Source of the DNA: Pecten maximus
Taxonomy: Eukaryota
Direction of reading: 5' to 3'
Assembly (NCBI RefSeq): GCF_902652985.1
Contig: NC_047017.1
Coordinates: 42,222,001 to 42,286,000 of the forward strand
DNA length: 64,000 bases
Shown here: positions 13,901 to 24,311 of the stretch, one piece after another
Numbering within the stretch: the stretch's first letter is position 1
Layout of the letters: each line of letters opens with the position of its first letter
Program-made: the position numbers and the translations under genes
The notes under the pieces: model-generated
Told to the model about the DNA's origin: nothing
The model's database searches: none
Seen by the model: only the letters and a program-made list of their open reading frames with translations

Positions 13901-14753
13901 TATGGGATTCAACACATAAAAGGTTTAAAAATGATGAACATATTTATGAAAGATTAAGGGATAAAAGAAATTGTATATCCGAGTTGGCAAAACTCAAATT
14001 TGCGATACCGGATAGTTACAAAAGAATATTAAGAGAGGAAGATACTATTGTTCATGATGCGTGTGGATTAACAGTCGACAGTACATTGAATATCTTAGAT
14101 CAACACAACACTCAAATTATTCCTAATAAACTAAAACTGAAGAAAGTATGTACGAAACTAAATGGTAATAATGAACCCAAGGTTCAGACCAAATGGGAAA
14201 ATATTTACCGAAAGCAATTTCTATGGAAAGATATATGGCAAAACTGTTTCAATATATTAACATGTCTAAAAATTAAAGAATTTCAGTGGAAATGTTTGCA
14301 TCAATGTATATATACTGAAATGATGATACAAAAATTTGGAAAAACTTTGACGGAAAATGTCATTTTTGTAAGACCGAAAATGAAGATTTACAACATTTAT
14401 TCTTTAGATGTGAATATACTAAAATTATTTTGAATTATGTAGACACTTTAATGAAAGACATTGTACCTGGATATAATACTACCATTCTTGATAAAGAAGA
14501 GAATATAACTCTTGGTTACCCAGGTGCTGACAATTTCACTATTTTGACAAATACTATCATTTGTGTCATGAAATGGACATTATGGAAATGTAGAAATGAC
14601 ATTAAATATAACAACAATCATCCAAACTTAGACATAGCAAAATTAAAATTCAGAAGACAGCTAAAAAATGAGCTTTGGTGTTATTGCAAATCGAAACAGA
14701 AGAAAATAATTCCTGTTAATATTGTAACTCTAATGTATGAAAATATAATATAA
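10978..14753 (+). CDS. LINE ORF2p: APE endonuclease, reverse transcriptase and C-terminal CCHC zinc finger; 1-nt frameshift near 14340-14344
   Basis: EN motifs NINGL, QETH, GDFN, SRID, SDH. L1/Tx1 motif EENERSTKYFFNLEK. RT motifs SPGEDG, NWRPL, DQQKAFDRV, QGCP, FADD. After the A5 run the shifted frame reads CHFCKTENEDLQHLFFRC and runs to the stop at 14753 (1258 aa if one A is restored). Confidence 0.92.
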
Positions 14754-14948
14754 AATATTTCTATATTTCTTTTGTTGCATTGCATTGCCTGTTATGTTTT
14801 ATACAATGGACTTTATATTATTATATAACAGGCATGCATAAGACAATCTTTCATACATGAAAAGAAAATGTAATCTTTAAGTGATTGCTTTCATTATTAA
14901 ATAAAACAATAACTTATGCACTGTGATGATTATTGAGGATGAAAAACC

Positions 14949-15329
14949 NNNNNNNNNNNNNNNNNNNNNNNNNNNNNNNNNNNNNNNNNNNNNNNNNNNN
15001 NNNNNNNNNNNNNNNNNNNNNNNNNNNNNNNNNNNNNNNNNNNNNNNNNNNNNNNNNNNNNNNNNNNNNNNNNNNNNNNNNNNNNNNNNNNNNNNNNNNN
15101 NNNNNNNNNNNNNNNNNNNNNNNNNNNNNNNNNNNNNNNNNNNNNNNNNNNNNNNNNNNNNNNNNNNNNNNNNNNNNNNNNNNNNNNNNNNNNNNNNNNN
15201 NNNNNNNNNNNNNNNNNNNNNNNNNNNNNNNNNNNNNNNNNNNNNNNNNNNNNNNNNNNNNNNNNNNNNNNNNNNNNNNNNNNNNNNNNNNNNNNNNNNN
15301 NNNNNNNNNNNNNNNNNNNNNNNNNNNNN
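14949..15329. other. Assembly gap (381 N)
   Basis: Run of n characters. Confidence 1.
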
Positions 15330-15414
15330 TGCACATTTGCTTACTTGAAACAATAATGTGGTCAAAGATTTCAAAAATTTGCAGACTGAAAACCATTTCT
15401 CAAGTACTCTGAGT

Positions 15415-15448
<34 letters not shown>

Positions 15449-15584
15449 AAACTTAAAACAAACATCATCTTCAGACTGATCTAGTCTTGTTTTTTATCTA
15501 TTCATTTTTTTTTTTATTTTTGTACTGTAGGGTTTGATATCGATGTTTTGATGTTGATAGTCTTAATTTTGTTGTATGTTTCAG

Positions 15585-16035
15585 CTGTTTCCTGGATGGA
15601 GTGACAGCTCGGATTAGTAACATAGTTTTGACCACAGGCTCTATGTGTTTAATCCTAACTGTCAATGCAGTGCTCTATGCCCTCACCTGGTACCGTATTA
15701 CAACTGAGGCCAAACGCCTGGAATCCACACTAGGTGGCACTAGTGCCTCTGTTAAAGCGTCTCATCGAGCGGCCCGGAACATGTTTTTGTTTCTGACGGC
15801 TTTCTTCGTCCAGTGGTGGGCTCTTGCTGCGAATGGGATATGGCTTCTCTTCGCTGTACCGCCCGTAGCAATATTCCAAATCGTCACGACCTTTTCAAAC
15901 ATCGGCGGTGTCCTGAATCTGTTAGTGTATCTAATGATCCGACACAGGAAGAGGACTCTCGCACCAGCGGAAACTTCCAAAGCGGCGACTAAAACAACAA
16001 CTGTTATCTCTAATAATCAAGACAATACTAAGTGA
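15585..16035 (+). CDS. Orphan 7TM GPCR, exon 2 (ECL2 Cys, TM5-TM7, C-tail)
   Basis: TTTCAG acceptor ends at 15584. TA+C gives Tyr, then CFLDGVTAR, in frame with ORF 15601-16035. Three TM helices; TM7 reads SNIGGVLNLLVY. Joined CDS is 954 nt = 317 aa. Confidence 0.85.
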
Positions 16036-17624
16036 TCCTGTATGTGTACCCTAACATTTACCCTGTCTCAGTTTTTATAGGTTTTGGAGCTTTTAAGATC
16101 AACGACAATCTTCTGGCCATATATTAAATATATATTGATTTAGTCAAAAACAATTCTTTAAGCACTCCTTAGATACATTTTTATATTTGCCTTATCTAAC
16201 GCCTTTAAAAGGAATCAGCTTTATCTCGGGAAGATAATTTCATTTCAAGACCAATGAAAATATTTTCCACACTTATTGCATCAGATACGGTGAAATTCCG
16301 GTATGTATTTTTGAACAAGTTAGTCACTGACCACTGACTGCAATTCCTAATCATATCATTGCGTAACATTGTTAGTGAATGATTTTAATCATTAAATGCA
16401 TAGCCTATTGGCACATAGACATGTAGGTAGACATAAAAGCATATTCAGTTAAATTCAGTAAAAACAAAAATTGGGTCCTTCACCTCAAAATATATCTAGA
16501 GTAGCCATTTTGAAAATTGGTAAATTTCGCAGTAATCATTCTCAAACACCTGAAATGTTTACCTGTTAATTGGTATGACCCGAACATTGGAAAAAACATT
16601 AAATAGGACTTACGGACTTTACGAATCATTTTTTCCTATAAATAGTTACCTATCAGGCTACATATATAGTGTGTAACTTCATAATATACCGGCCAATCAG
16701 TGGGTGCCAGACATTTTATCCATGGCTCAACTTTATATACACAGGGGATGTTTCAAAAGTCTATTTTTTCAATTGATTGGTTGTTTCCTTTACGTGTAAG
16801 ACTGCAGGTCTAGTATTTATGACTTATTTCTAGATTGATACTGGAATATCACTAAGCACCCTCAAATATTTGACTTCATGATTAATTTGAACGTTTTGAT
16901 GAAATCTGTCGATTTAAAAGGTAATACATGTATGTAGTACTGATTATGTTGGAGTGATCTTTATAATCGTCTTGAATTAAATATACATTTCATTGCGGTT
17001 TACAAGTTGTTATGATAAGAAATAAGATAATACAACTTTCTTGAGAAGAAAGTACAGTGATTAATGTAAGGAACATAGTGCGTCAGAGACAACGTATTTG
17101 CTAATGTGGTTCGCTGCTTTAAAAAGACAAGATTGATGTACAAACACAGAAAAGCTGTAGCTAGATGTCATCTACAACGAACTAATGGGTTTGAAAATAT
17201 TTTATCGGCAATTAACATTGCTAAACTATTGTATAAACGACTGTTGATTATTGTAGGTTTCGATCTTATTATCGTCATAATATCACAATGAACGCACGCT
17301 TAGATTAGTCAAAGTTTGGCCAGCAGGCTTCATCCGCGTCACACCATCGGCAATGTAACTGTGTTTATGTTGGCTAATGGATATTAACGAAATATAGCAA
17401 CACACCCATATGCATATAGTCAGACAGTCATTTATAGATTTTATAATGGAATGAGGCTGTTTAGTTACACATATATATACAGATTGATGATCTATGTTAT
17501 ATCTATATTATGAATATCCCTACTGAGGGAAGATTGTAAAAATTGACAATACGCTCGTTATATATGTAGTGACAACTGGAACTTTCATTTATATATTGAA
17601 TTAACCTCAAACAGACGAAACGTA

Positions 17625-18891
17625 ATGATGTCACCGTCTCTACTCAGATTAATTATAGTGACATTAATAGCTCCGTCGAAGATCGTGTGCAATAACTCCA
17701 CTTATATGACGTCACTTCACGACAGTCTTCTTGATGGATACAAACCAGCAGTTCGGCCTGGGAGTGACTACTTGAATCAGGCAGTTAAGTTAAACATGAC
17801 ATTTGGGTTGAAAATAATTAAATCCTTTGATGAACTTGACAGTCGATTCTCTATCGTTGGTCATTTTACTATATCCTGGTATGATGAGCGGATGACCTGG
17901 GATCCCAGAATTTATGACGGTATCTCGATGGTGCAATTTCACCTAAAGGACGTATGGATACCTCCACTGACGTACTCGATATCATATAACAATGTTGACT
18001 TACTTGGAGATCCGCTCAGCATCCTGTCTTTTACTAACGGCGGTGAGGCTAACTGGGAACCATCAAATATCTTTGATACTGTTTGTAATGCCGATATATC
18101 ATATTATCCATTCGATAATCAAACTTGTGAATTGAGTGTTTTTGTCGTTGGATACGACAGACGACACATACAATTACACAACATGAACACTTATGTTGGT
18201 TTGAAGTACTATACCGAGAACCCGGTATGGGAATTGTTAGATTGTAAAATTAGTGTAGATGCAGGTATTTTAACGCTAAAGTTTTCTTTTAAAAGGCGAT
18301 CCGCGTTCATCGTAGTAAATCTGATGCTACCCCTGCTGTCTCTGTGTATACTCAACTTGTTTGTATTCGTTCTGCCGGTAGATTCCAATGAACGGGTAGG
18401 GTTCTCCATTACAATATTGTTGTCTATAACTGTGTTCATGTCCATAGTTTCGGATTTATTGCCAAACGCATCGTCACCAAGAATTGCTATATTCTGTTAT
18501 CTACTGTTGTTAGATGTGATTATTAGTGGTCTCATCAGTATCTGTACCATTCTCAGCATTAAACTGTACACTAAACCGAAAACGGAAGGTATCCCTACTC
18601 TCCTGTTTACACTTCAAAAACGTTTCAATGACAGGAAAACAGCAATTGGCGTAGCTCCAATCAGTCCACATCTATCAACTGTCACACTGGTAGGAACTAA
18701 CGATGTTGACGAAAACCTCGATGGAACTAACGATGGTGACAAAAAGGAGAGTAAAATAGAAAAGGATATTCGTGGTGGTACGTCTTGGACAGACGTTGGA
18801 CGTGCTTTTCGACAAAGTTTGTATTTTTGTGTTTTCCTTTTTGCTGATAACCGTTCATGTCACCTTCTTTCTGATCATGACAGTGAGATAG
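17625..18891 (+). CDS. Intronless divergent nAChR-like (non-alpha) Cys-loop channel subunit, paralog 1; +1 frameshift just before M4 (pseudogene or sequencing error)
   Basis: Signal peptide; Cys-loop CNADISYYPFDNQTC; M1-M3; M2 region DSNERVGFSITILLS. GCTTTTCGAC at about 18804-18813 versus GCTTTTGAC in paralog 2. Removing one base restores M4 and the homologous TAG at 18889-18891 (421 aa). Confidence 0.88.
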
Positions 18892-19039
18892 ATGTTTACA
18901 AATACACATCCACACAAGAATTATGTGTTCTACACAAACCAATGTAGGAATGATGTTTGTTCAGTGAGCATTATACGATGACAATTGTTTATAGAACATA
19001 TTAAAGTGCAAATGAAAAGATTATGGCATTAATAAGTCG

Positions 19040-19180
19040 AAGAGCATCAGTGCAAATACAGAGTAGATAATAATATATAGAAGAACATCAGTGCATCTGA
19101 ATATAATAGGATAGTATTTAGAAGAACATCAGTGCATCTGTATAGAATAGGATAGTTTTTAGAAGAACATCAGTGCAAAT
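19040..19180. repeat. About 40-bp degenerate tandem repeat (AGAAGAACATCAGTGCA core, 4 copies)
   Basis: Four copies visible downstream of nAChR paralog 1. Confidence 0.7.
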
Positions 19181-19299
19181 AAAAAGTGATGTATACTGCA
19201 TGCTATCAACCTTTTATCCCATTGTGTACTTACAACTGGATAGGAAGGACTACTATCTGGGCTTTTAACCTATATTGGGTAGAAGTTTAGTAATTCATT

Positions 19300-21990
19300 A
19301 AAGCACAAAAATAACAAATTACAAAGATGTAGTGTACATCAAAGAGTCAAATATGAAAAACAAAACATATTTAACCAGTTTTTATAATGATCTAGTTGGT
19401 AAATTATTCACCTTTTATATTCCTTAAAAAAATACAAGTGCAGAGCTATTCCAACGTTAGTTAGAGTAATGATACGGTATCTTTAACCATCCAGGAGTGC
19501 ACAGTTACATTTCAGAATGACAATAGCATATCAAGTTCACAACCTTACAGGAAATTGTAGTTGATATGTTCGTTCTTTGTGTAGTAAAAACTTATTAACA
19601 TGGTGAAATGCAGAAAACAAGCTCTGGTACAGAATGAAAGGAAGAGATGGTAACTATAAAACAGGAATCAAAAACATCTTACGAGAACAAACCATTTTCT
19701 TTTCCAACCTATTTCCATCAGAAGGATGGGAATGAAGAAAATGCAAAATTTTGAACAGATAAGATAGAAATTAAACTATCAGAGGAAGAGAGTACACACA
19801 TTGAGCAACCTCTAGAACAAAAAGAGATTAAAGAGGCAATAAATCATTTAAAGAAAAACAAAGCACCAGGGGAGGATGGCATAATAAGTGAATTTTATCA
19901 AATTTATCGGAACCTAATTAAAAATGAAATAACTGAACTAATTAAGATACATATTCTTGAACAACCAGAACTCTAGAACTCAAAACAAAGGGCTAATCAA
20001 ACTATTATTCAAGAAGGGAGAGAGAGAGAAGACATACAGAACTGGAGACCAATAACACTACTAAATGTAGATTATAAAATTATAGCAAACATTTAACAAA
20101 CCGCCTTAAACCGGTTCTTAGCAAATTAATTCACCCTGACCAAAAAGGTTTTGCACTAGGTGGGAATATAATGGATGCAAACAGAATGATTCAAGATATA
20201 ATAGATTATAGTGATATGGAAAACCAAGATGGCTCATTTTATTTTTTTCTCGGTCAACAAAAAGCTTTTGATATGATTGAATGGGGATGGGTACTAAAAT
20301 GTCTAAAAGATTTCAATTTTGAAAAAAAAATGTAATTGGATTCATATGCTACTGAAGTCTTCTGAAACTTGTATCCAAACGAATGGTTTCACCTCAAAAC
20401 ATATCAAGATCTGCAAGGCAAGGATGTCCTATCGCCCCACTTTTATACATAATTTAAGCTGAACCACTGACATGCGCAATCAGAGCTAATCAAGATATAA
20501 AAGGCATAGTGATACCTTTACAGAAATAAAAATAAATGTGTTTGCGGATGATACTCAATTATTTAATAAAACAGAAGAATGTATTAGCGAGACATTTAAA
20601 ATATTAGAAGCCTATGAAAAAGCATCTGGAGCAAAAACAAACTATGAAAAAAGAAGGCTTATATATAGGTGCATCAAAAAATAGAAATTCAACATTTAAC
20701 ATAAGGAGGACAAAAAAATGTTAAAACATTAGGTATTCATCATGGATACTAGATAGATGATGACAAAATTTGGAGAGAGAAAATTATGAAAATAGAAAAT
20801 TGTCTGCGTATCTGGAAAACAAGAAATCTTACATTTAAGGGTAATATGAAATCAAATGGATATGAAATAGAAGCAAGAGGAATACCATAAAAATACATGA
20901 AAGAAATAAATAAACTGATTTGGTGTCATATATGGGATGAAAAACCTCATCAACTGAACAGAAAATGTTGTTCTTATAGAACAGAAAAGGGAGGCATGGG
21001 AATGGTTGATATTGAGAATTTTCTCCAAAGTATACAAATAAAAACCATTTATAAAATTTTAAACTTTAAATCAGAAAACTGGAACTCAATATGTAGATTT
21101 TTCCTCGCTAAATTAGACAACAAGTCTGTAGTTAAATATTGTCTATGTTCTTGCTCTGACCTAAATGGAATAGAAACAAATAGATTCCTTCCTAAATTTT
21201 ACTTTAACAGTTTAAAAGCTTGGTAAAAGTTTCTAAGCCAGAGACAGATTACAAGATAAAACAAATGTTTTGAACCAATGCCTTTTATGAAATATCCACA
21301 TCTAATTTAAAAAAAAAAAAAAAAACTTTTTACACAATCATTCCTGAAAAGCGGCCTTATCAAAGTATCATATATACTTCAAACCAACTAATTTTGCAAA
21401 AATTGCAGTATAGACAAAATTAGATAGCAGAAATTTCAAAAATAAGGAAACCTATTCCACAGAAGTTTATTGAAATACTGAAAGGCATTGGACCAAGAGT
21501 AGACAACCAAATTACATTGAAACCTGATATTTATATAAATGATACATTTGAAATGTGTATGACTATAAAAGCCAAAACCCAAATTCTTAATCTAAAATAT
21601 ATTAAAGCGGATATGTTTCGAAAATGGGAAACATAATTACAAAAGGCATTTAACTAGGATTTAACTGCGCAATGACACAAATTATATGTATTTTCATGTT
21701 TTTGATCAATAAAATTATTTTGAATATGAAAAAAAGCGTAAAGTTCCTAGAGGACATTTGAACATGTCACTAGTCTACTAAATCAACTGATTAAAAACGT
21801 AAAAAAAAATGAAGAAAAAAAAACTTGGAGAAAATATGGATAACTTGTAGAGGCGATTTAACTGCAACAGACAATAAAATAAAAGAATACAATTGGAAAT
21901 GTATAGACATTATAATATACACTGAGCTAAAACTCAGTCTTATGAATAGATCAAATGGAAATTGTCACATGTCACAGGTAGAAACTCGAC
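19300..21990 (+). mobile_element. Decayed, 5'-truncated L1/Tx1-type LINE (RT and C-terminal remnants)
   Basis: Broken frames encode KKNKAPGEDGIISEFYQIY, NWRPITLLNVDYKIIA, QGCPIAP and FADDTQ, colinear with ORF2 at 10978-14753. Many stops and frameshifts; boundaries approximate. Confidence 0.85.
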
Positions 21991-23063
21991 GCGAGATCAC
22001 CAATTATATATATGTACTTTCATGTTTTTGATCAATGAAAATTATTTTGGACCTGAAAAAAAGAGATAAAACTGGTAAGCATATGCATTTAGTAACACAA
22101 TAATAAACAAAGTAAATCGTGCAAACAAAAAACAAAAAAACATGGTGAGCATGCATCATGTACGGAGTGTCAAAGTAGGTCATACCTATTTTACACATAT
22201 TTTGAGTTTGACAAACTGAAGCCACTACAATATAATCATTGGATGACCTATAACCTTTCACGGAAATCTAACTCGCTGTATTGATGAAATTAGCTTTATT
22301 GCGTTCACAATCAAACATAATCCTATCAGAGATCATACTAGTCCACCGAGTTGTTCCCTCGGGTATCAACTCTTCAAAGGTGCTTTAATCGAATTTTCGC
22401 GTGACAAATAGAACAATTGTGTTATTTTTGGAAGTCAGTAATGTATTGTAATGCTTTGTTATTTTATTAAAGGTTTACACAGCATCTAATGGGTTAACTA
22501 ATATTCATATTCGTATTTCATGCTGTTTTGATTGACACTAATGAACTCCTGTATACTAAAGCCAACCTGTTATTGTCCGTTTGATCAACACCCTACTAAC
22601 AGTATAACTGTGACCGCACCTTCAACCAACCAAGTTCGTCCGGAGTGTGTAACAGTGTTATCATATAAATCAAAGATAAATGGATACACTTTGTATAACA
22701 ATGCAAACTAGCTGGTTCCTGGAAGACTCGTATACATATATAGTTAATACATGTGTATATTAATTATAGGCCATTTCTATTGCAAGTTATCTAAAAGAAA
22801 AAAGGACATTCGTCATGGGAAACTGTATTCATAATAACATTTATATAGTTGTTTAAACAAAATTGTTATGCAAGCGGTATGACATGTATAGAGAGATAGA
22901 CAGATGTACGCGTGCGATGCAGTAACACTTCAGACTTGTTTCAACGTGCATTGTAGCATCGGCATTCGTTTTCGAAACAAAGTGAAAACATATGATCCAT
23001 GGCATCTCGAAGTTTGAAAATTTAATAGCGAAGTGAACTTGAAACAGACAAAATACATTGAAA

Positions 23064-24311
23064 ATGATGAATACAGACACTTACAAACCGCAAATAGGAT
23101 TAATCATGTTGGCACTAATAGCTCCGATGGAGATAGTGTGTAATAATTCGACTTATATGACGTCACTACACAGGAGTCTTTTACACGGATACAAAACAGC
23201 TGTCCGGCCTGGAAATAACTACTCGAATAAATCATTTCCGCTAAACGCGTCTTTTGGATTACTTCTAATAAAATCATTTGAAGAACTTAAAAGTCGATTC
23301 TCCATCGTTGGTACATTCTTTATATCTTGGTATGATGAGCGATTGACCTGGGACCCCAGCAAATATGACGGTATATCGACGATGCATTTCCTCGAAAAGG
23401 ACGTATGGATACCTCCACTGAGGTACTCGATAGCATATACTAATAACGATTTACTTGGAGACCCGCTCAGCATTCTGTCTTTTAGCAGTGACGGTATAGC
23501 TAAGTGGGAGTTATCAAATATCTTTGATACTGTCTGTAACGCTGATATATCATATTATCCGTTCGATAATCAAACCTGTGAGATACGCCTGTTTGTGGAT
23601 GGGTATGATTATCGAGAGATACATGTACACACTAGACAAAATACTGCTGACCTAACATACTATATTGAGAACTCTGAGTGGGAACTGATTATCATCGACG
23701 TTAACGCAAAACCAGACAGTCTAATGTTACAATTTTCATTAAAAAGGCGATCTGCGTTCATAGTAGTAAATATGATGCTACCCCTTCTGTCCTTGTGTAT
23801 ACTCAACATGTTTGTATTTGTTCTGCCGGTAGATTCTGGCGAACGGGTAGGGTTCTCCATTACGATATTGTTATCCATTTCTGTGTTCATGTCCATAGTT
23901 TCGGATTTATTGCCAAACGCATCATCACCAAATATTGCTATATTCTGCTATTTGCTGTTGTTAGATGTGATTATTAGTGGTCTCATCAGTATCTGTACCA
24001 TTCTCAGCATTAAACTGTACACTAAACCGAAGATGGAATGTATTCCCATATTCCTTTGTATACTCCAAAAATGTCTCAATGGAAAGAAATCGACGGTTGG
24101 CGTAGTCCCTTATGATGCCAGACTGTCTACTGTCACACTGGATGAAACTAACCATGTCGACAAAAATGAGTGTAAAGAAGAAAAGGCTGCAGATGTTGGA
24201 ATATCGTGGACAGACATTGGACATGCTTTTGACAAAGTTTGTATTTTTATGTTTTCAATTTTGCTGACAACTGTCCATGTTACCTTCTTTCTGATCATGA
24301 CAGTGAGATAG
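23064..24311 (+). CDS. Intronless divergent nAChR-like (non-alpha) Cys-loop channel subunit, paralog 2 (intact, 415 aa)
   Basis: ATG at 23064; signal peptide; Cys-loop CNADISYYPFDNQTC; four TM helices; DSGER before M2 (cation-type E at -1'); no vicinal CC in loop C. Confidence 0.92.
   Translation: MMNTDTYKPQIGLIMLALIAPMEIVCNNSTYMTSLHRSLLHGYKTAVRPGNNYSNKSFPLNASFGLLLIKSFEELKSRFSIVGTFFISWYDERLTWDPSKYDGISTMHFLEKDVWIPPLRYSIAYTNNDLLGDPLSILSFSSDGIAKWELSNIFDTVCNADISYYPFDNQTCEIRLFVDGYDYREIHVHTRQNTADLTYYIENSEWELIIIDVNAKPDSLMLQFSLKRRSAFIVVNMMLPLLSLCILNMFVFVLPVDSGERVGFSITILLSISVFMSIVSDLLPNASSPNIAIFCYLLLLDVIISGLISICTILSIKLYTKPKMECIPIFLCILQKCLNGKKSTVGVVPYDARLSTVTLDETNHVDKNECKEEKAADVGISWTDIGHAFDKVCIFMFSILLTTVHVTFFLIMTVR

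Larger units (their letters stand above)
9081..15443 (+). mobile_element. Full-length L1/Tx1-clade non-LTR retrotransposon in the GPCR intron (sense orientation)
   Basis: 17-bp TSD AATCAAAACTTAAAACA at 9064-9080 and 15444-15460; poly-A from 15417; ORF1 plus ORF2. An N-gap at 14949-15329 lies in the 3' UTR. Confidence 0.92.

Noticed and set aside
14877-15449. ORFs made of X residues
   Set aside because: Artefacts of the 381-N gap.
18892-18947. Novel C-terminal extension of nAChR paralog 1 in the ORF track
   Set aside because: Product of the +1 frameshift; the homologous M4 and stop lie in the shifted frame.
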